From Phallusia mammillata (Eukaryota): DNA of 64,000 nt. Shown piece by piece: positions 56,000 to 64,000 of the stretch. Position 1 is the first letter of the stretch; every line of letters starts with the position of its first letter. Under the pieces are notes generated by a model. That model saw only the letters and a list, made by a program, of their open reading frames with translations. It searched no databases and had not been told where the DNA came from. The stretch is taken from the NCBI GenBank assembly GCA_965637545.1, contig OZ281495.1, positions 26,226,001 to 26,290,000 on the forward strand, read 5' to 3'. Made by a program: the position numbers and the translations under genes.

Positions 56000-57554
56000 C
56001 CAGGAATACTAACATTTGGTTATAGGAATTCACAAAAAATTGCTTTGGTTCTCATATTCATATCTGACTTGATCAGGACTCAATGGGACATACAGGTGAA
56101 GTAACAATACTAGCCACCTGATGTTTTTTATATGTGCACTGTGTTGTTTCAACTAGTGGTAGAAGCGATCCACCAAGTGACTAAGACTAAATCTTGCCGA
56201 ATTAGGTTTAACTTGACTGATTATGCGTCCAAGTTTGTACAAGCAACATACAAGTAAAATCATTAGCCATAGTTTGTGTTCCAAATACTTTTTAATAAAA
56301 GATTGTAACAACTGACTCAATTCTTTCATAATGATAGTGTAACAAGTATTGTTGAATTATTTGACAAAAATCATCCCGCCATATCGATTTAAGCTAGTTT
56401 TCGAAGCTCTTCTGTATGCGACACGGCATAGGATAGGAAAATTAGAAAGTACGACAAGAGCTTACAACGCCAAAGCAGGCTGTAATTTTAGCCTATACTG
56501 TTGCTTGGAGATATGCTTGAGAGATTTGTTCGATTGTGGCGTGCTGTAAAGTAAAGTCGTGCTTGGTTAAGACGGAAGTTAAACTTGTGTTCGGATCAAA
56601 ATTGCAAAATTTGGGCCCAATCGGAAAGTACAAGCCCAAACCCTGTCCGAACCCGAATCTTTTTTTTGGAAGCCTCTTAATGCCCGAAAGTTTAATTGAC
56701 ATGCATATATGCAAGCCTACAAAAGTACATCCGTACATAATATAATAACGAACACATATACATTGGAGAATAATATACAATGGCCTAAAACGCATTTTAG
56801 GTCGGTTTGGTAGTAGGTCCAGCAACTTTAGCTACATGCAAGGAGAATATTTATGTATTTTAGCGTGAGTCATGGGCTAGGTCCAATTAACAAGACTGCT
56901 TTCTGAGAAAAAAATACGGTAAATTGCCCCTATAAGAGCTTTCATGTCGTGAAATTAAAGTAGATAGTCAGATGTTTGTCGTAAATAACCCGACTGATTT
57001 AAATCAAAAAGCAAAACTTGATTTTCATTTAAAACATTTTACGAAATCAACATCACACGGTGGTACTCATGATTTAGTTACTTTGAAATCTATCCAATCC
57101 TTATCACTTGCAGGCTATTTAGCGAACGCCGTTTCGTTATCCTTCATTCTCATGTTCATAAACATGGCTAGAAGTAAACAGACCACTTAGTGATGTAAAG
57201 TCACCCGCATTAAAATCACATTGGCAGCTGGGTATCGGTGTCACGATGGTCTTTTGAAGTGTTGTCTTCACAAACTGTGACAATCTGTTTTATTTCAATA
57301 CCCCTGATCGTCACACTTTTCTTGTATCCAAATTTATTACTTATTGATCTCTAACTATATTAATGTTTTCATCTAACAGAGGGGCCAATTGTGCCAGCAA
57401 CCGGGGTGGTGGCTGGTGGTACGGTCAGTGCGACTGGACGAACCTCAATGCTCTGTGGTGCAACACGTGGCCGTACATTAAGTGGTATGCAGGCGGTCCT
57501 GCTTCAAACAAAAAGGCGTTCAAGGCTGTTTCCATGCAAGTCCGGTGTGACTAA
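56000..57554 (+). pseudogene. g7: fragmented relic of a type-C (g4-like) gene
   Basis: The signal exon has lost its ATG by deletion (~56025-56095). Intron 1 is fused directly to the FReD2 exon (~56160-56252, EAIHQVTKTKSCRIRFNLTDYASKFVQATY). The FReD3 exon is missing and replaced by spacer-type sequence. The last exon 57380-57554 is intact (..GGGWWYGQCDWTNLN..MQVRCD*). Confidence 0.85.
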
Positions 57555-58374
57555 AGACTTGCTTGCTGCATATAGTGTTGTTTTTTGTTACGATCTTCAA
57601 CATGTTCTGCGATAACTTTGCGCATATACAACTGTCCTGTTTCATTGAACAGTCATCGCACACCAGAGCAGCGATTTTTTGCAAATTTTAAGTGTTTAAA
57701 GTATGACGTTTCGAGTGACTATAATATAGTCACTATATTTTAACATGCATAATGGATCACAGATTGCCTTTCAGGCTAGCATTGCCGTAATGTGTTGATA
57801 ATAAAAAACGCACCTCGGAAAAAAGGAACAATCTCTTTGACAAGATGTTTGTATTACAGATGTGGCGTGTTGTAAGCAGGATGTCTGAACGAATTGGGTT
57901 GTACCTATATGCCCAAATTGATTTGAAATGTATGTGGCAAAGAAAAGGTGGTTTTGTATTACCGGGGAGCATACAATGATAAATATATAAAGTATAACTC
58001 GTTTATTATGGCCAATTTAAGTCATTTACAATCGCCTAAAATTAAAATTATTGATTTACATCTAGTTTACTGGCAATGCGCCTGGTTAAAACAACAATCG
58101 AATGTAGTTTTTTGTGCTTATAGCTCCTCGGTAAAATTACTGACTTTTACACGGCATAAACATTAGGTTTCGAAGCTTATATTCTTTCCAATTAGTTGAG
58201 GTACTTCTTTTTGAGGGATGTTAGTTTTTGCCCCCCCCAAAAAAAAAAACGAAAAAACTTTTCAGCCAGGCCAGAATGTCAACGGGAAACGCAGTACTAG
58301 TTCGTGTTTTCTTTTGCTTGAAGGTAAAACAAGTTTCATAATTTTTCTCATCCGAAACAAGGTCTCTTCTGATC

Positions 58375-60668
58375 ATGTATCGTTCATCCTGCTTGAATGT
58401 GTACGCGGCGATTGTGTTTATCTGGACGGGTTTCTTCGATGGGATCTCCACCGAATACAATCCTGCAAGTAAGACTAAAACTTTAATTGTGGCTGCTATC
58501 TGTTCTATAGGACAGACCAAATTATTTTTTCAAAATAAACTTTACAGCAATAATTTACAATAAAGTGTTGCGTGAATTTACAAGTATTTCAAACATATAA
58601 AATAAAACGGTAAAGTGGCTTGATAGATATTATAATCCAATCAACATTTTGTCGCATATAGTATACTTCATGTATAATTTGTAAACGTTACTCTTTTGTT
58701 ATGAACATACAAGTCAATAATTGTGGGTATAGTTTTTCCGTTTATACCCGAAAACAATGCACATCAGTGTTAAAACGTTTTATAACCAGGAATCGGCTTG
58801 CATTTTCCTGTCAAGACTACTTCATGCGGTTATCAATGGTTTATATTAAACTGAACGGAGAAACGAACGGAAAAAAAGAAGTGTAATCTTAATTACTTGT
58901 TGCACATTGGCCACACGTCCGAAATTGTGAGACCGGCAAGAATCCTAAAGTACAAACCAAAAACCCGGCCCTGTTTTTTTTTAACTAAACAATGTCCGCA
59001 TTAGGCCGTAAAATAATCGGTATTAGGTCAAACGCATTGCAGTGTGAAGTAGATACCGAAATAAGCCTGTTTAAAGCAAACATTAGTTGAAAACCCGGTT
59101 TGAACATGCGCGGTCCTCGGATTGCAAACTCTTTGGTTAACAGTTTTACTTTTATAGATTTTGACGTTTGCTCCTACGTGAACCCGTGTGCAAATAACGG
59201 CATTTGTGTCGACTTGCTTGCTGATTATGGCTGCTTGTGTCCGGACAAATACACTGGAAGAAACTGTGAAACCGGTAAGTCGATGTTAGAGACTACTCCT
59301 GCGCAATTGGACATTGATTCTTACACGGTATTTACGCAATGAATTGGACAAATAGAAAATGTATTGTCCAATGCATTGATTTGTAGTCCTGGGATTAGTA
59401 AAAACCAGAAATACATTTGTATTCGGTCACATAAGTTTTGTTGCACTTATTAAGCAGTTAAGAATATTTTTTTGGGCAGAACTGCTTTGTTCCCCGGGAA
59501 GCCAAGCATCCCCACTTGCCGAAACTCTGAAGAGTCTCTGTTTACAAGGATGGACAGTGAGTTATAATAATTCCATTTTACATTTCCCTAAACTAATAAT
59601 TGTATTTTAGACGATTCAAACTCGCTTTGATGGAAGTGTTAGCTTCAATAGACCCTGGGAAGATTACAAAACTGGATTTGGAAATCCGTCTGTAGAATTT
59701 TGGCTCGGTTTGTTTTTGATTCTTTTGTTCAACCGAAATAGTAGCTTATTTCTTCGTTAAAAAATAGTTTTCCGTAAAAAAGTGACACGAACACAAACCG
59801 ACAGGTTTTAACACTAAGGGAGATATAGCTTACTAAAACAAACTTTTAACCACTATTCATCACTGTAATACCTGAATATATTTCTTAATACTCCCCAACC
59901 CTGTTAAAATTTTGAAAATAATGATCCCGTTTAACCACATGCATCTGCATACGTAGGTTTGGAAAAAATTCACGCAATGACCCAGTCAAAACCTTGCCGA
60001 GTTCGATTCGATTTGACAAACATCGGCGAGAAAGAGACATTTGCCGAATACAGGTAAACAAATATAACTAACCCTATAAAGCTTCTCTTCTCCTGTTAAT
60101 ATTTGTAAACAATGTTACCGCGGATACTTAAAGTAAGGTAAACCGTGGATAAAATAGTTGCATAAAAATAGTTAAGCAATATCACAACTTGCGAAAAAAT
60201 GTGATTAAAAGTTTAAAACGTATTTGCCAACTATGTAATGGGCGATAAGAAAGTTTGACAATTTGCAGTTTCGAAGTTTGTGATAAGTTTTATTAGAAGT
60301 TTTGAAAGTCTTTCGAATCAGAAGTTTTACTCTTTTATAGTTTTTTCGAAATCGGCTCGGAAAGCGACAACTACAGACTGAACATTACCGGTTATATAAC
60401 GTCATCAACTCTTGTTGGTCGGATGAACTATCACAACAGGATGCAGTTCTCCACGTACGACAGGGACAACGACCTTCGCACGACGTAAGAATGCTTATGT
60501 TTGCATTAAACTCCAAGTGATTTTTTTTCCAGTCACAATTGTGCGGAGAGTCGTGGAGGTGGATGGTGGTACAGTAGTTACGGACGTGCCAACCTTAATC
60601 GGAACCTTCAGGCTTATTGGAGCCCATCACTATTTGACGTTGCCGCAATAAGCATAAAGTGCTATTGA
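58375..60668 (+). CDS. g8: LCCL-less SP-EGF-FReD paralog, open ORF of 253 aa
   Basis: Exons 58375-58468, 59158-59274, 59480-59556, 59611-59707, 59957-60053, 60341-60484, 60533-60668; total 762 nt, in frame (phase-1 exon 1 to phase-1 EGF exon). No LCCL exons lie between 58469 and 59157. Confidence 0.85.
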
Positions 60669-63600
60669 CACGATTTGAACGTTTTTTTAATCAGCCTGAT
60701 TTTAAAACTTTTGTTTTAAGGCAAAAATAGTTAAATCCTAAAATGAACAACGCGATATCATTACGCTGAAATGATTAGCAAAAAACACAAATTGAAGGTC
60801 TTCTCAGATGCAAATGCCTTCCTCAATTATTTGTGTTTGTTGATCCTGAAGCACTAATAGACAAAAGTTAAACAAAGACTATACTACGCTGTTGATCTCA
60901 AACGAGCGAGAATTTGTTGTGTTTATATATGTATGATATGTGATTTATGTTTTATTTTGCAGTTGGAACTTACACACTAATTTTAAACCGAACATTTGAC
61001 GGGAATTATTTATTAAATCATAATCAATATTTATTATTTTTCCAGAATATTCCAGTTATCATTTATTAACGTTTCAGCCTTAGTTTTGATAAGAACGGTT
61101 ACTTGCGCGGTTGATGCTCTTTTACACAATACGAACTTGTCCATATGTTTTAAATGTGCTTGAAGTACAAGTTTATGACAAATTCACTTTGCTGCATTTT
61201 TAATTAACTTGTTGATTCTGCGCTTTATCGCTGCAGTGTGATCCAGATTTTGGAAACGAGCACACATTATGAGAATCCACTTACAACTCAAGTGTAAATA
61301 CCTTTTGTGAGAAAAAACAAGTATGGAATATATTATTGCCAATTTCAGCAAACCAAAAGCGATACCTATACCGTTAGAACCAATGCAGTAACATTTGTCG
61401 ACAAAAATCTCATCAAAATTCACTTACATGTCTTTTTTTGAGTTCTGAAACTTTTGTTTGTTTCTGTACATATATTATCTTATGGATTATAGTTTTTTCT
61501 ACGAACAGAAAACTGTTTTATCGTGTCATTTTATCGTTGTGTGGGAATATACTTATTGTACACTCATGTTGGTGTTTTGCTTTCAAAACTTGGTGATTGT
61601 AAATTATTTGTTTCCAAGCTGTTAAAATTGGGTTTTACCACACGACAAATGAAATATTTAACGCAAAGAAAATAAAGGGATGGAATAAGCTTAACAAATG
61701 ATAGTTTCACGGTAATATATGCGCACACGCAAAACTCAAGTGATAGAAACGTACATTAGGTTTGCTCAATTCGAAATACATTCCAGTGCATCATATATTA
61801 GTATATATTCAGTGTATACACTGTGAGAAAATCTGACCCAAAAACACATCCATGCACATAGTGTGTAGTGTGAGTTGTTTTCATTATGAACGTGCAGTTC
61901 ATAAACGCCATTTAAACACAGGGATGTAATGAGACCGTGCGAACCCCAAAAATCGTTTTTGAAAAGCCCGATTAGTCCCGAAAGTTTGATTGACATTCCT
62001 ACATTCAAGCCTACAAAAGTAAGTCTATACATAATATAATAAAGAAAACATACACATTGGAGAATAATATACAATGGCCTAAAAACGCATTTTAGGTCGG
62101 TTTGGTGGTAGGTCCAGCAACTATAGCTATATTTGCAAGGTGAATATTTATGCATTTTAGCCTGAGCCATTGGTTAAGTCCAATTAACAAGACTGCTTTC
62201 TGATGCAAAAAATACGGTAAATTGGTTCTTGGAGATTGATTAGGTTAGGTTGGGTTATTGTGTTTATAAAACACTGGAGAATATGAAGCAAGAAACGTGA
62301 TGTTAACGTTAAGGTATGAAATAGTAGAAAGCATGAAATTCCAAATGGTGAAAATAAGCATTATGTGTCGAGAACTGATAATGTGACGATGACGAAATGC
62401 AATGTTATTGCCATCATGTGACAAATCCATAAAGTCGCTATAACGTAAGTTTGCATTTTGGATATATCATAATTTTATGTAGGCGTATAATCAACGCATA
62501 ATATAACTGAGAGAATTATGGTTGATACCAGTTGGAATACAAAGTCAGTGGCTCAGGCACACAAACCAATCTAATATATTTGCACTGTTTCAATCGAACG
62601 ATTACTGCATGTGAACGGATTTGTTTACAGTTCAGCTAAGTCCACAGTACTGTAGTATACTATGGTATACGACTGCACAAACCAATTAAATTTGGCGTGC
62701 AACCCCATAAGTAAAATCAAGTGATTGAAGTTTATCACACAAGCTAGAAATTTGTTATAATGGAGGACAATGTCGGGTAAAAGTATCTTTCGCTACGTTA
62801 CCTATGTGTTTTATTTTTATTTCGTTTGATAACTAAAGGTTGAAATTATTTCAATTGAGCCTACAATGTTTGATTTTTGTGCGGAATTTATATTTAATGT
62901 GGTCGTTAGGTGTCGCCCCTCGGTTGTGACATCACTTGATTGAAGAGTAGCATGGCATTCAGTGCAGGTGCAGAGCTTTTTAAAGGTTAAATAGTATGTA
63001 TGTTGTGGCATTTGTTGTATAGTGTCAGAAACAAAAAGAAAATATAACGGTGTGTTTTTATCGCTTTAAAGTTACACCATGCAATGGAGGGGTCTTACAA
63101 AACAGGGTCAAATTTGATAGTGGATTTATTCTTTGTTTGGGAACTTTTCAATGTTACTCCGCATTTTGGAATAATAAAGTTCTAAACTTTTAAACTTGGT
63201 AACATCGTTTCGAAACAGAAGAGATATAGGTTTGTTTGAGAAACTGAACAATTAAAGGTTTATTATGTTATTAGTAACTATGAAACAGTGTAAGTTTTGT
63301 TGTCTGTTGTGACTCACTAATGAAAAGGTAACTTAATATTTGCAGGTATGTAGTACATAATATATTTAATCAGCTTTTCCAAAGTTTGCTGCGAAAAAAA
63401 GTTTCAGCAAGAAACAGACAAACCTATACAATCGAATAACACATAGATTTAAAACAGTTTTTGTCATTAACAAAAATACATCTGTTTCTTGTAAAAACCT
63501 CTTAAATGAACAAGATTTATCCTCTAATTAAGCTATGAAACTGTACATTACAGATGAAGCAGTCAAGTCTCAAATGAATGTTGTTTAATTTCAACCACGT

Positions 63601-64000
63601 GGCAATCAACCAACGGCACCACGAGGTTGCGCGTTGTAACAAAACGTCAGAGCGTTACCTGCTTTGGGAAAGCGATTTTTAAAGTGTTGTGGGAGGAAGC
63701 ACTTCGCTCGATGTTGCAAGGCAACTAATCAACCACAGGCATAACATGCTGAAACCACCATGCATTTTGTGAGTACTATAGCTCACCACAAGAACGTTGG
63801 AGCTCTTGCTTTATTGCATTGTGCCATTCTTTTAAAAATTGACACTAGAACCCCATTCATGTTATAGCAAAGCTTTCAAAAACTATAAGGACGCCCAAAT
63901 GAGTAATATCGTGAAATCGTTATTCTTTTGGGTAAGACTTTTTGACACTTGAATGCCAAGCCACGTATTATTACTCTTCATTCAACGTTTTAGGAAAATT

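Overview
AT-rich eukaryotic genomic DNA with short GT-AG introns (many 50-120 nt). It is probably an invertebrate chordate such as an ascidian, which is an inference from intron size, base composition and gene content. The window is mostly a head-to-tail tandem array, all on the + strand, of nine copies (g0-g8) of one 11-exon gene encoding a secreted protein: signal peptide - LCCL - LCCL - EGF - compact fibrinogen C-terminal domain (FReD). g1, g4 and g6 have open full-length spliced ORFs. g8 is open but has lost both LCCL domains in frame. g2 has one frameshift, g3, g5 and g7 are multi-lesion pseudogenes, and g0 is cut by the window edge. The LCCL exons and the short last intron are nearly invariant between copies, while the loops of the FReD ligand-binding (P) subdomain are hypervariable. 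This looks like a diversifying recognition-protein family evolving by birth-and-death, exon deletion and gene conversion. Mobile DNA includes a near full-length dead L1/Tx1-clade retrotransposon, a 2.1-kb non-autonomous LTR element carrying a Cys-rich 48-bp repeat ORF, several hAT MITEs, a GGGTTCGGGCC-rich element found at deletion breakpoints, and Gypsy gag/pro relics co-duplicated in the spacers. All exon models were read by eye; no database searches were run.
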